A stretch of DNA of 64,000 bases from Nitrososphaerota archaeon (GCA_040290255.1 PSMU01000001.1:128001-192000), one strand, 5' to 3'. Numbered from the stretch's first letter, positions 9,062 through 18,642 are shown. A program made the numbers and translations. Notes: generated from the sequence alone by a model not told the origin.

Positions 9062-10228
9062 TCACTCGAAAAGCGCCTTCACTAAGGATGGCACAAGAGC
9101 GCTCAGGGCCTGCCCTGCTAATTCGAGGATCGAGGAGAGGCCCGCCATGCCGATAAACCTCCTTATTACGCGTGAGTGCTCGTCGAAACTCCCTAGCTCA
9201 AACTCCACATGCTCTATCCCTGCCCTTTTAGCCATTCCTATCAACGCTTCCAGTTGCTTGTTGCTCAGGTTCCGGTATACCTGTCGCATCAGGCTCATCA
9301 ACTTGAATTCCTTGCCGAACCTCTGAAGCCAAGCACGTTCATACTCTCTACCCGGTTCACACCCTTCCTTAAGGCTCATGCCTAGCGCCCTGCCTGCTAG
9401 CACGCCTCCCATTCCCGAGGTGAAGATCCCTCCCGCCGTTGTGGGTTTAGCCTGGCCCGCCGCATCACCAACGACGAGTTGATTCGGAGCTATGAAAAAG
9501 CTCTCAAGCGCTCCTCCTGTCACCAGCGGGGCAGCCACCCTCTTTACTACATTTGCATCAAGGCGTCTTACTAGCCTTTCAAAGGCGGGCGCAGGGCTGG
9601 CGCCTACACTCGCCGCTCCTATCCTCACCATGTTATCGCCAAGCGGTATGACCCATGAAAAGAAGCCAGGCGTCGCCTCCTGATCAATATAAACCAATAC
9701 CTCCTTATCGTCCAAGCCCCTTGCCCAAGCATCGCACTGAACGGCTCTAGCCACGTCACCCTTCTTTCTTCTAAGATAAGAATACGCGCCGCCGGCGTCC
9801 ACGACCCAAGTGGAAGATACAGCTCCACTTTGTGTCAGCACCTGACCCCCTCTAATCTCTAAGACGCGTCGACCTACTTCAAGGCGAGCTCCTGCCTCGC
9901 TTGCCTGCTCTGCTGCCCGTTTATCTAGGGCGCGCCTGCTAAGCACCAGCAGCCGCTGTCGACCGGCGTTTATGGTAAGCTTTGAGCCATTAGGGGAGAT
10001 TATCGTGCCTGTCTCTATCCTGTTTAAAACCTCGTCCTTAGGTATGATGCCCAGCTCAAGGAGGCCTTGGGCGCTTACCAATCCCCCGCACTTCTCAGGA
10101 GATCCGACCTCCAGATCTTCTTCTAACACCATAACATTAAGCCCCCTTAAAGCGCACTCACGCGCCGTCAAAAGTCCTGCGAGGCTCCCTCCAACAACTA
10201 CTACATCAAATTCAGCTTCCTCGTCCAC
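9062..10228 (-). CDS. Geranylgeranyl reductase family flavoprotein
   Basis: GxGxxG-like 'VVGGSLAG', 'PEKCGG', 'FSWVIP', 'VGDAAGQAKPTTAGGI'. Confidence 0.85.
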   Translation of the reverse strand: MDEEAEFDVVVVGGSLAGLLTARECALRGLNVMVLEEDLEVGSPEKCGGLVSAQGLLELGIIPKDEVLNRIETGTIISPNGSKLTINAGRQRLLVLSRRALDKRAAEQASEAGARLEVGRRVLEIRGGQVLTQSGAVSSTWVVDAGGAYSYLRRKKGDVARAVQCDAWARGLDDKEVLVYIDQEATPGFFSWVIPLGDNMVRIGAASVGASPAPAFERLVRRLDANVVKRVAAPLVTGGALESFFIAPNQLVVGDAAGQAKPTTAGGIFTSGMGGVLAGRALGMSLKEGCEPGREYERAWLQRFGKEFKLMSLMRQVYRNLSNKQLEALIGMAKRAGIEHVEFELGSFDEHSRVIRRFIGMAGLSSILELAGQALSALVPSLVKALFE

Positions 10229-10275
10229 GTTCCTAGGTTCGAGAAGACATTATTAATGGTTTGTAAAATCTTCTT

Positions 10276-10644
10276 GTGAGCCGGGGCTTGGAGGAACTTA
10301 AGATGGCGATCGTTCTCAGAGCCGACATCAAAATGGGCAAGGGCAAGCTTGTGAGCCAGGCCTGTCATGCGGCCATAGAGGCCTATGAATCGGCCAGGGC
10401 AAAGAGCCCCGACCTCTGCGCTACCTGGCGGGAACAGGGAGCTAAGAAGATCGTGCTAAAGGTAGATTCTCTACAAGCGCTCTTGGAGTTGGCCGCGAGA
10501 GCTGCAGCCCGGGGTTTGCCACATGCCCTTATAGTTGATAGGGGCCTGACTCAAATCCCGCCCAATACTCCTACAGCCCTAGGAATAGGCCCGGCTCCAT
10601 CTTCGTTACTTGATCAGATAACCGGCTCACTTAAGCTCCTTTAA
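10276..10644 (+). CDS. pth2: Peptidyl-tRNA hydrolase Pth2
   Basis: 'MGKGKLVSQACHA', 'KIVLK', 'DRGLTQI..TALGIGP'. Confidence 0.93.
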   Translation: MSRGLEELKMAIVLRADIKMGKGKLVSQACHAAIEAYESARAKSPDLCATWREQGAKKIVLKVDSLQALLELAARAAARGLPHALIVDRGLTQIPPNTPTALGIGPAPSSLLDQITGSLKLL

Positions 10645-11117
10645 TCCTCGCTCTTCAGGGAGGTGGCCCTTTTTCCTAATCTGTGCTTTAGCTCCCTATC
10701 AGAGAGTATCTGAGGCGCTCTTGGGTCAACGCAAATCAATTCGACGAAGACGTACCTTCCATCTTGAAATAGCTTATAACCACCCAAGGGGACTAGGTTA
10801 GGATATCTCTTCCGAGCCCTCTGCAAGGCCACCTCAACATAGTTCAGGCTCACCTTCCTTCTCTTTACGCCCAGCGCCTTCTGTCGCCTTCCGGCCCTCG
10901 GCCGCTGCCTTCTCATGGCCTTCCGGCCAACCCTTACCCGCAGTACTACCATACCCGGTTTATCCTTGTAACCTACTCTGCGGGCCCTATCGATTCTAAT
11001 CGGCTTGTCAAGACGCACGATAGCCGGCTCTCTCCTCCACTTTACCAGCCTACTCATGAGTAGGTGCCTCTTTTCTTTCCACAGCTCTTGCCATGTTTCG
11101 GTCATATAGCTATACAT
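10641..11117 (-). CDS. rpl15e: 50S ribosomal protein L15e
   Basis: 'WRREP', 'RIDRARRVGYK', 'RKRYPNL', 'DGRYVFVE'. Confidence 0.92.
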   Translation of the reverse strand: MYSYMTETWQELWKEKRHLLMSRLVKWRREPAIVRLDKPIRIDRARRVGYKDKPGMVVLRVRVGRKAMRRQRPRAGRRQKALGVKRRKVSLNYVEVALQRARKRYPNLVPLGGYKLFQDGRYVFVELICVDPRAPQILSDRELKHRLGKRATSLKSED

Positions 11118-11193
11118 AACCTCCTCCCAGCCCCCCTCCGCCTAGTATAAAAGTGCACGTTGATCCACACGGCTCTAGTTATCAGGCTCACTC

Positions 11194-12346
11194 TCACTTA
11201 TCCGCCTCGACAGGCCAATAATTTAGTGACCAGAAGGATACGGGAACGTCGGCAAGGCGATACCCTTCTATAACCTTCGGTATGGCCGGCAGGTTCCTAA
11301 AGGAGGGAGTCGAGATGCGCACTCTGTAAGGATGAGGACCTCCGTCGGAGATTATATGGTAGGACATGCAGCCTCGGGCGGCCTCGGTTCTGGCGTAGGC
11401 TTCCCCCACCCTGCCTCGTAACTGCCCTCTTAGGGGCAGCCTGACAGGGCCCGGCCTCATCTTCCTGATCGCCTGTTTGATGATCTTTAGGGACTCCAAC
11501 ATCTCGTAGAAGCATACCCAACAGCGCGCCCATGAATCCCCCTCCTGCATAACTGGAACCGAAAACTCGAAGGTATCATAGAGCGAGTAGGGCTCGTCTA
11601 TCCTTACATCCGATTTAACGCCGGAGGCCCTAAGGGTTGGGCCTACGCATCCTAGGGCTATGGCATCCGCCTTGCTCAGGAAGCCCACGTCCATAGTCCT
11701 TTTTTCGAAAACAGGGTTTTCAAAGTAGATTTTCTTGTACTCTTGGAGCCTGCCCTCGAAGTACTCGCAGACTTTAAGCACCTTATCTTCCCAGCTGGGA
11801 GGCACATCACACCTTACCCCACCAGGCACATAGTAGGCAAAGGTAACCCTAGCGCCTGAGGCCATGGCAGCCAAGTCGATAAAGTACTCGCGATCCCCGG
11901 TTGCCCACATGAACATCGTGCTGTGACCCGTAAATATGCCCTGTATGGCAAGCCAGTACAAGTGGCTGATAATCCTGTTAAATTCCGCCATTATCACGCG
12001 CAGGTATTGCGCGCGTTCCGGCACCTTCTCGCTCAACCCTAGCAATTCTTCTACCGCCAGCACATAAGGAAACAATATGCCACATGAGTCTAAGATTACA
12101 GGCCGTTCAAGGTGAGGTATATTCTGAATATAGGTCCTATACTCGCACATTTTCTCCTCGCCCCGGTGGACGTACCCTGGGTCGGGGATACACTTGATGA
12201 CGATATCGCCATCTAAGGTCACTATTAGCCTAAAGTGCCCACTTCCCGGATGTTCCCCCCTACTAGGTCTGGGGACCTATTGAGACAGTGAGCACGTTAT
12301 CTGCTACTCGCTCCTCTGTGTAGACATGTTTGAGTGCCGACTCCAA
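11194..12346 (-). CDS. nuoD: NADH-quinone oxidoreductase subunit D, split gene: exon 1 12346-12269 (TTG start), exon 2 12252-11194; 378 aa spliced
   Basis: Exon 2 has 'GYVHRGEEK', 'ERAQYLR..EFNRI.SH', 'EAARG', 'PYRVRISTPS'. Exon 1 ends 'LTVSIGPQ' and exon 2 begins 'HPGSGHFRL'. SD-like GGTGGT at 12356-12351. Confidence 0.93.
12253..12268 (-). other. 16-nt bulge-helix-bulge pre-mRNA intron in nuoD (ACCTAGTAGGGGGGAA)
   Basis: Sense strand: GGT-CCCC-[AG^A]-CCT-AGT-AGG-GGGG-[AA^C]-ATC. Cutting after the 2nd nt of each bulge yields GGT CCC CAG CAT CCG (GPQHP). Confidence 0.9.
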
Positions 12347-12378
12347 GAGGACCACCGCATCACGCTTAAGGCTACGAG

Positions 12379-12386
12379 CTTTTAAA
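12379..12386 (-). promoter_or_regulatory. Probable TATA box for nuoD (TTTAAAAG)
   Basis: AT-rich box about 33 nt upstream of the TTG start. Confidence 0.5.
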
Positions 12387-12468
12387 CCTGCCCCTGCCGT
12401 TCTTGCGGCCCAGCTATTAGGCGAGAAAAAGCCTTTTTACCAAGCGAAGCCTTGGCCTGGATAACAGC

Positions 12469-13503
12469 TTGCAAGCACTGGAATCGCTCGAGGCCCTCTT
12501 CTACGAGGATCTCGGATTACTTGAGGCTAGGATTCAAGAACTTGCTTCAAGGCTCCACTTTCCCTCCTACATGCTGTACATGACTCGAGGGGGCAAGCGA
12601 TTGAGGCCGCTAATCGCCTTAGCCGTTTGTAAGAGCTTAGGCGGTTCAGCTATGGGGGCCGTGGACTATGCTGCTGCGATAGAACTGGTTCATTCCGCCG
12701 TCTTAGTACATGACGATATACTTGACAGGCATAACATGAGGCGAGGTAAGAAACCGCTCTATAGGCTCTTGGACCCCCGCCGCTCTCTTCTGTTGAGCGA
12801 TATGCTTCTGAGCTCAGCCCTCAAGCTTACCAGCTCCGCTGACGGCAGCAAAGATACGCTCAGCGATACTGTGTATACGCTCTGTAGGGGCGTGGCCATG
12901 GAGCCGCTTAACCCCCTCCGCTTTCTTAGGAGGAGCCTTAACTTAGGCATCTTGCCTACATTCTATGAGTTAATAGCCCGGCTTAAGACGGGGGAGCTCT
13001 TCGGTGCGGCGGCTAAGATGGGAGCGATTGCCGCTGGAGCACCAGCCAAGACCATAGCTGCAGCGTATCAATATGGCGTTGAGGTTGGCACGGCCTATCA
13101 GCTCGCTGATGACCTGGTCGATTTCATATCATGGTCCAAATACGGCTCGATACCAGACCTAGGTTCTTTGCTGACGGTCACTTTATTCATTCCTTACGCC
13201 TCCACTAGCTATGAAATGAGCAGATATTTGCTGAGCCGCGTCCTTCATTCTTATGTGCTGTTCCGGCTACTAACACCGATAAGGCTTGGAAAAGCCCTAG
13301 TGGCGTTGACGCCTCCGAGGGGCATAGTTCAGAGCTTGGTCAGATCCGCGCTTAATAAGATTCGCTCGTACTGCTCCTCAGCTAAGAGGGCCTTGGCTTC
13401 CTTCCCTGACAACAAATACAGCTGGTTACTGCTTCAGCTCCCAAATTATGTGGTTAACAGGCAGCTAGCTGAAGTTGGTCTTTCGCTGGAAGAGACAACA
13501 TGA
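12469..13503 (+). CDS. Polyprenyl diphosphate synthase
   Basis: 'GGKRLRP', FARM 'HDDILD..RRG', 'KTG', SARM 'YQLADDLVD'. Confidence 0.88.
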   Translation: MQALESLEALFYEDLGLLEARIQELASRLHFPSYMLYMTRGGKRLRPLIALAVCKSLGGSAMGAVDYAAAIELVHSAVLVHDDILDRHNMRRGKKPLYRLLDPRRSLLLSDMLLSSALKLTSSADGSKDTLSDTVYTLCRGVAMEPLNPLRFLRRSLNLGILPTFYELIARLKTGELFGAAAKMGAIAAGAPAKTIAAAYQYGVEVGTAYQLADDLVDFISWSKYGSIPDLGSLLTVTLFIPYASTSYEMSRYLLSRVLHSYVLFRLLTPIRLGKALVALTPPRGIVQSLVRSALNKIRSYCSSAKRALASFPDNKYSWLLLQLPNYVVNRQLAEVGLSLEETT

Positions 13504-13555
13504 TAAGACTCTTTTAAGTTTGCCTGCAGGAGACTGAACGCTTTTACCTATTCTC

Positions 13556-14080
13556 TTATGCTATCGTAGCATACCTTCCTAGATTGCCTACGCTGCCAAG
13601 ATAAAGCGCCGGCTTATAATGGGCGTAATCCCAATAATCGCCGAAGGCCTCCTGTGCCTCGGCGCGGATAGCTCTCCCTATTACTAGCACGTGATCTCCC
13701 ATTCTATGGCTGCTCCGCAACCTCGCTAGCACTAAGGCGGCTGCCTGCTCCAGATACGGTATGCCCTTCCAGGACTGACAGGTAAGCGTCATGCGCGCTA
13801 GCTTCTCCACACCCCTCGCTATAGTGAAGCCAGCCACGTCAAGCGCGCGCACGTGCATGAAGTCAAGCCAGTTTAGAGAAAAGCCCTTATGCCTTAAGAT
13901 AGCGCTAAGGGTTCTCGACCCTTTCAGCAGGGCCAGCGCTACATATGGAGGCTTCTGTGCAACAGGCATGGCCGAGCTTACGGCCGCCATAGCAAGGCCT
14001 TCGCCCTCGCCAGCCATAACTATGACAGGCACAACGGGGTAAAAGAGCCTATGAAGGCGCGTGGGGCCTACCTCCTTCAT
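13556..14080 (-). CDS. Flavin reductase-like FMN-binding protein
   Basis: 'RLFYPVVPVIV', 'PPYVA', 'GDHVLVIG'. Confidence 0.8.
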   Translation of the reverse strand: MKEVGPTRLHRLFYPVVPVIVMAGEGEGLAMAAVSSAMPVAQKPPYVALALLKGSRTLSAILRHKGFSLNWLDFMHVRALDVAGFTIARGVEKLARMTLTCQSWKGIPYLEQAAALVLARLRSSHRMGDHVLVIGRAIRAEAQEAFGDYWDYAHYKPALYLGSVGNLGRYATIA

Positions 14081-14117
14081 ATACTTATATGAAGCATACC
14101 TTTATAAAAGGAGTGGG

Positions 14118-14936
14118 TTGGCGGCCGAGATCACATACGTCAAGGTAGTAGGTGATAAGAGAAGGTCAGAGTTAAAGCGTGAAGCGGAGCGCCTACTACG
14201 GGAGCTGGGCTTTAAGCTGGACGGCAATCCTCAACTTATAATCGTCCTAGGAGGCGATGGCCTCTTCAGCTACTGCGCAAGGCTATACGACCGCCCCCTG
14301 CTGTTCGTAGGGCTTAAAGGCAAAGAGCCCGCCGCCTCCAGAGCCTTCTTGGCTCAGATCGATTATTATGCGTTAGAGGGGGCCCTCAAGCAGATAAAAC
14401 AGGGAAGCTATGAGCTCGTTTCCTACCCTAGGCTCGCCGCCTCGTTAAATGGCACGCTAAAGGGAACGTCGCTGACAGACGTCTACCTTGAAAGGGGGGC
14501 AGAGGCGGGATGCCTTCGCCTTCAGGTCGAAGTCGAGGGGCCACGAAGTTTCACCGAATTCGCCATCGCTAACGGCATCATAGTAACGACTCCTTTGGGA
14601 GCCTCAGGCTACTACTCATATGTAGACAAGATAAAAGGCGATCTCCTAAACGTGGACGCCGTTACCACCTTAGCTCCCAACGACCTTGGAGTTTGCTATA
14701 TCTTGCCCACTTATACGCTGAGAAGAGGATCTGATTTACATCCCCTGCGCTACTCGATAGCTAATACGTCTAAAGTTTCCGTGCGCCTCCTCAGAGAAGG
14801 CGATGCGAGGCTCTATGGCGTGGGCAAGGCGCTAAGGGGCTACCGAGTACGGCTGGGGGACGTGGTGAGCATCTCACTTCACGATAAGCCCGCGAAGCTA
14901 ATTAAGCTCCAGCTGAACTCAAGCAGGCGACCCTGA
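14118..14936 (+). CDS. NAD kinase family protein (divergent)
   Basis: 'LGGDG', 'GIIVTTPLGASGY'; TTG start at 14118 inferred. Confidence 0.7.
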   Translation: MAAEITYVKVVGDKRRSELKREAERLLRELGFKLDGNPQLIIVLGGDGLFSYCARLYDRPLLFVGLKGKEPAASRAFLAQIDYYALEGALKQIKQGSYELVSYPRLAASLNGTLKGTSLTDVYLERGAEAGCLRLQVEVEGPRSFTEFAIANGIIVTTPLGASGYYSYVDKIKGDLLNVDAVTTLAPNDLGVCYILPTYTLRRGSDLHPLRYSIANTSKVSVRLLREGDARLYGVGKALRGYRVRLGDVVSISLHDKPAKLIKLQLNSSRRP

Positions 14937-14984
14937 GTAATAAAATATATTAGCGGCCGCGAACTACCTAGCCCCTGAACCGCA

Positions 14985-15506
14985 TTGGACCAACATGAAG
15001 AGGGCCTTAACGCTAAAGTAAGAGCGCTGAGCAACGAGGCCTCCTGGTTTAAGGAGCTTTCCGAAAAATTGGAATACTTTTTAGATACAGAGGAAGGCAG
15101 GAGAGAGCTGCTGGCCAGGGCGGAGGCGAGGGCCAAGAGCTACGCGCTTCTGGCTGAAGAGGAGGAAAGAAGGGGGAATAAGAGGGAAATAATCTGGCTC
15201 TCCTATTACTGCCTGCACTGCAAGAATTTTACGCGCTTGAGCTCACAGCGCATGCGCTGTGAGAAGTTCCAAGTTCGGCTAGTGAAGCCCTTCTACGGAA
15301 AGGCCATCTGGTCCGTGGTAGCCGCCGAAGGAGGGGGATATGAGAGCGTGGTAAGCGAGATAGACTGGGACAAAAAGGTAGACGGCGCTAATGAGCTTAT
15401 GGCGAACCAAGCTATGAGGCTAATCAATAATGGCCTCCCTTATCCTTGTTACAGCTCGAGGCTGAACTTTAGGGAGGTACGGCCACTGCTTAAGAGGCCT
15501 CGCTAG
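14985..15506 (+). CDS. Hypothetical protein, coiled-coil N-terminus plus Cys cluster
   Basis: 'CLHCKNF..RCEKF..PC'; no family recognised. Confidence 0.6.
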   Translation: MDQHEEGLNAKVRALSNEASWFKELSEKLEYFLDTEEGRRELLARAEARAKSYALLAEEEERRGNKREIIWLSYYCLHCKNFTRLSSQRMRCEKFQVRLVKPFYGKAIWSVVAAEGGGYESVVSEIDWDKKVDGANELMANQAMRLINNGLPYPCYSSRLNFREVRPLLKRPR

Positions 15507-15588
15507 CTTATTGGCCAAGTGGGATATCTCAAGGTAGTAATACTTATAACGCTAGACCTAGCTCCCGCTCAGATTAGGCAAGAAGGAG

Positions 15589-15915
15589 ATGTCCCAGCAG
15601 ACACGCATGGCGCGGATAAAGCTCTCCAGCCCGAGCCTAGAGGATATAGAGAAACTCTGCCAGCAGATCAGGGAGATCGCCCAGCGGACCGGCGTAAAAA
15701 TGAAAGGTCCGATACCATTGCCCACGAGGAGATTAAGGGTCGTGACACGTAAGGCTCCTTCGGGTCAGGGCACGCACACCTTTGATAAGTGGGAGATGAG
15801 GGTCCATCGGCGCATCATAGAAATCGATCCCAGCGATAGGGTCATACGGCAGCTGATACTCTTGAAGCCACCGGAAGCCGTCTACATGGAGGTAAAGCTA
15901 CCCCGTTATTCCTAA
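15589..15915 (+). CDS. rps10p: 30S ribosomal protein S10 (uS10)
   Basis: 'GPIPLPTRRL', 'RKAPSGQG', 'WEMRVHRRII'. Confidence 0.96.
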   Translation: MSQQTRMARIKLSSPSLEDIEKLCQQIREIAQRTGVKMKGPIPLPTRRLRVVTRKAPSGQGTHTFDKWEMRVHRRIIEIDPSDRVIRQLILLKPPEAVYMEVKLPRYS

Positions 15916-16797
15916 GCTCTTAATCCACGCGATCGTTCTGTTAAGCCCCTCCTTTAGATCTACCACTGGCCGATAACCCAATTCGTGCTTGGCCTTTTCA
16001 ATAGAGGGATAACTGACCATGGTCTCCTCCAAGGGATGTCTTGGCGGCAGCTCTAGGATCCTCGATGAGGAGCTCGTCAGCCTTACTATTTCTTGCGCTA
16101 ACTGTTTTATTGAAATCGGGGTCCCTGTACCTACGTTGTATACGCGGAGAGAAGAGCTGGGCCTTTCGAGCACCAGCTCGACGATCCTGCAGTAGTTAGC
16201 GATATAAGTGAAATCACTCACATCGCGCCCGCTATTGTAAAGCTCTAGGGGCTCGCCGCGCAGAGCACGAATTATGAACCTGCAGACCGCGCTGCCTAAG
16301 CTATCCCATTCTCCGAAGAGCTTCCAACTCCTCAGTATGGTCACCGGCAGTCCCTTGGCCCTTGCATACGCTTCAAGGATTTGCTCCCCAATACACTTAG
16401 AGTAGTCATAAGGCGTCCTTGGGGCCCTAGGAGCTGTTTCATCGACAGGAACGGAGCTAGGATTGCCATAGACATTAGCGGTTGAGGCGTATATGAGCTG
16501 AGTAACCTTCTTTCTGATCGCTAATTCAGCCACATTTAGCGTTCCTACCGCATTAACTTTGATCGTCTCGTAAGGCTTCTCTATGCTCTGCGGTATATTG
16601 GTCAGGGCTGCTAGGTGTATGATTGCGTCAAAGCTGAGCTCGCCCAAGCGGGTGAATACGAAGTCAGCGTCAGTAACATCTCCCTCTACTTCGGCCTCCT
16701 TTAAATCCAGCGCTATCAACTCGTAGCCCCTTTGGGCCAAATGCGCCATTAAATTGCGGCCCACAAAGCCAGATGCGCCCGTGATGAGGACCCTCAT
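15898..16797 (-). CDS. NAD-dependent epimerase/dehydratase (extended SDR)
   Basis: 'GASGFVG', 'HLAA', 'YDYSK'. Confidence 0.9.
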   Translation of the reverse strand: MRVLITGASGFVGRNLMAHLAQRGYELIALDLKEAEVEGDVTDADFVFTRLGELSFDAIIHLAALTNIPQSIEKPYETIKVNAVGTLNVAELAIRKKVTQLIYASTANVYGNPSSVPVDETAPRAPRTPYDYSKCIGEQILEAYARAKGLPVTILRSWKLFGEWDSLGSAVCRFIIRALRGEPLELYNSGRDVSDFTYIANYCRIVELVLERPSSSLRVYNVGTGTPISIKQLAQEIVRLTSSSSRILELPPRHPLEETMVSYPSIEKAKHELGYRPVVDLKEGLNRTIAWIKSLGITG

Positions 16798-16880
16798 TGC
16801 CTCCTTGACCGCGCGGCGGGTCTAATAAAATGTAATGATGCCTTCAAAAAGGTTTTAGGCCTTAGCGGTTCTGCTCCCTT

Positions 16881-16953
16881 GCCCCGGTAGCTCAGTCGGA
16901 AGAGCATCCGCCTCGTAAGCGGAGGGTCGCGGGTTCAAATCCCGCCCGGGGCT
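16881..16953 (+). tRNA. tRNA-Thr(CGT), intronless
   Basis: GCCCCGG/CCGGGGC-T acceptor; TCCGC-CTCGTAA-GCGGA; GCGGG-TTCAAAT-CCCGC. Confidence 0.95.
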
Positions 16954-16958
16954 CTGAT

Positions 16959-18173
16959 TCATCCTGCAGCAAGATCAACTCGCATGTATTTACTCACCAA
17001 CTCCTCGAACTTGGCAATGAACCCCAGCTCGGCCCCCGTGGGGATTATCCATGACGCCGCAACCGAGTATCCATCTCCAAACCCTCCTAGCGCCTCACAC
17101 GCCTCAGCTATTAGGGACGATAACGGTGGATAGCGCCCTTCACGAACCTGTCTTTCCAGTTTAATGCCGGTCCTAGCAGATAGCCTCGTATAGTCCACGC
17201 TCAGCTCTCCCAATCCCGGTACATGCCTGGGGATATTCATGAAGCCCACTAGGTACTTGTTTGGGTTGACGAAACCTTGGTGCCGCAGGTATGAGCAGAA
17301 GCTTCCGAGCACCTTGCCACTCATCTCGTTAAAAAGATCGCCCGTGTTAAACCATTGGACCCAGGTCCCTCGCTGCAGCTTTCCCCTTCGTAGCTCGTAC
17401 AAGAGCTTTCTATTGAGATCACGGCGCTCTTCCTCTAACTGTTCCGCCTGCTTCCTGATCGATTCCGGAAAGCCGCTTAAACAAAATTCCACTGCCAGTT
17501 CGGGCCACCCCTATAATATCCTACTGACGCAAGCACGGAGATGAGTGTGCTAGCCCGCGAAACGGCCATGCTCCTTTTATCAATCATGATGGAGGACGTC
17601 TCAACACTATAGAGACCGCTTTGAACAGCCTCTTCTACCGCTATTGAGTTGAAGCCCCTGTAGCTTCCTCCCAGTTCAAAGGCACCTATCAGCGCGAGAT
17701 GTGCGTATTTTTCACATCCCGACTCATCTTTAACCCAAATAGGTATGCAATGGTGGAAGCTGACGCGTCCGCTTCTCCGCTATAGCCTACCAGCTCGGGA
17801 TTTACATTTACAAGGCCCTCATCCTACATATGCAGGGGATCGTGGCGATCAAGAATTATCGCGGGCTTAGCCCGGCGCGCTTTACTTATCTTGGGGCATG
17901 AGCGGAGCCCAGGTCAGTAAATATAACGATATCCTCGCCCGAAGAGTATGTTACGGGGAGAAGCTCTGGAAACAGCTTGTCCAGACACGCCCTTCCCACC
18001 CGAAGGCCGGCGCTCTCCAGGGCTATTGAAGTTAGCGCAGCAAAGCAGACGCCATCTATCTCATCGTCATGTATTATTAGTGCGGACCTGGCTCCTCGGG
18101 CCAATTCCTCCGCTTCCTTTAAAAGCTCCTCCAGTCCCCCCCTAGCACGGAAAGCTAAGAACCAGCCCTTCAC
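16959..18173 (-). pseudogene. Decayed DHH-family (RecJ-like) phosphoesterase
   Basis: Motifs 'HDDEIDG', 'TDLGS', 'ILDRHD' (DHH to DRH), 'NVNPEL.GYSG..DASAST', 'ASVGYYRGGP' lie in different frames. Frameshifts near 17889, 17710 and 17502; in-frame TAG at 17826-17824. Confidence 0.85.
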
Positions 18174-18176
18174 TAA

Positions 18177-18623
18177 TTAAGCCTTTTCAGCCTCTTCCTT
18201 TATCTTGGTCAAAATAGTTTGAATGACCTTATCGGCCTGAGCCCTAATCAGCCTCTCACCGGGGCCAGTTAAAAGGCCGCTTATATCGGCCTCCGCGTTC
18301 CATTTCATCCGCGTCATCTCTCCCTGCTCAGAAAGGGAGAAGGCGGCCTGGATCTTAACGGTGCTTCCTAAGCCCTTTCCTTCGGTCACCAAGGTAGCAG
18401 CCTCAGGCTCCTTCTTATCCACGATTTTCCCCCTCACATCCAAGCTCCCTTTGATGAAGGCCACTCCCACCTTCACCTTGGCCTCGAACTCATCCTCACT
18501 TATCTGTCGAAGCTGCTCTACATCGGGAAGGGCACTTCCTATGAGCTTTGGATCGACCAAGATCTTATACACTCTCTGCGCAGATGCCTTCACGTCAAGT
18601 TGCCCTTGGAAGGCTATCTTCAC
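18177..18623 (-). CDS. coxG: CoxG/SRPBCC family protein
   Basis: 'DPKLIGSALP', 'AKVKVGVAFIKG', 'GERLIRAQADK'. Confidence 0.82.
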   Translation of the reverse strand: MKIAFQGQLDVKASAQRVYKILVDPKLIGSALPDVEQLRQISEDEFEAKVKVGVAFIKGSLDVRGKIVDKKEPEAATLVTEGKGLGSTVKIQAAFSLSEQGEMTRMKWNAEADISGLLTGPGERLIRAQADKVIQTILTKIKEEAEKA

Positions 18624-18642
18624 GTCAATCCCCTGAGTCCCC

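Noticed and set aside
12222-12346. nuoD as a pseudogene, a G-homopolymer sequencing error or a programmed frameshift
   Set aside because: Changing the G-run length would not remove the in-frame TAG TAG or restore GPQHP. Only excision of exactly 16 nt at the BHB cut sites does, and the rest of the gene is intact.
13500-13537. Possible C/D box sRNA (ATGATAA..CTGA)
   Set aside because: C box is mismatched, the span is too short, and there are no clear D'/C' boxes.
17490-17900. DHH gene frameshifts as further BHB introns
   Set aside because: The lesions look like single-base losses plus a point stop, with no inserted sequence or BHB fold, and catalytic motifs are also degraded.
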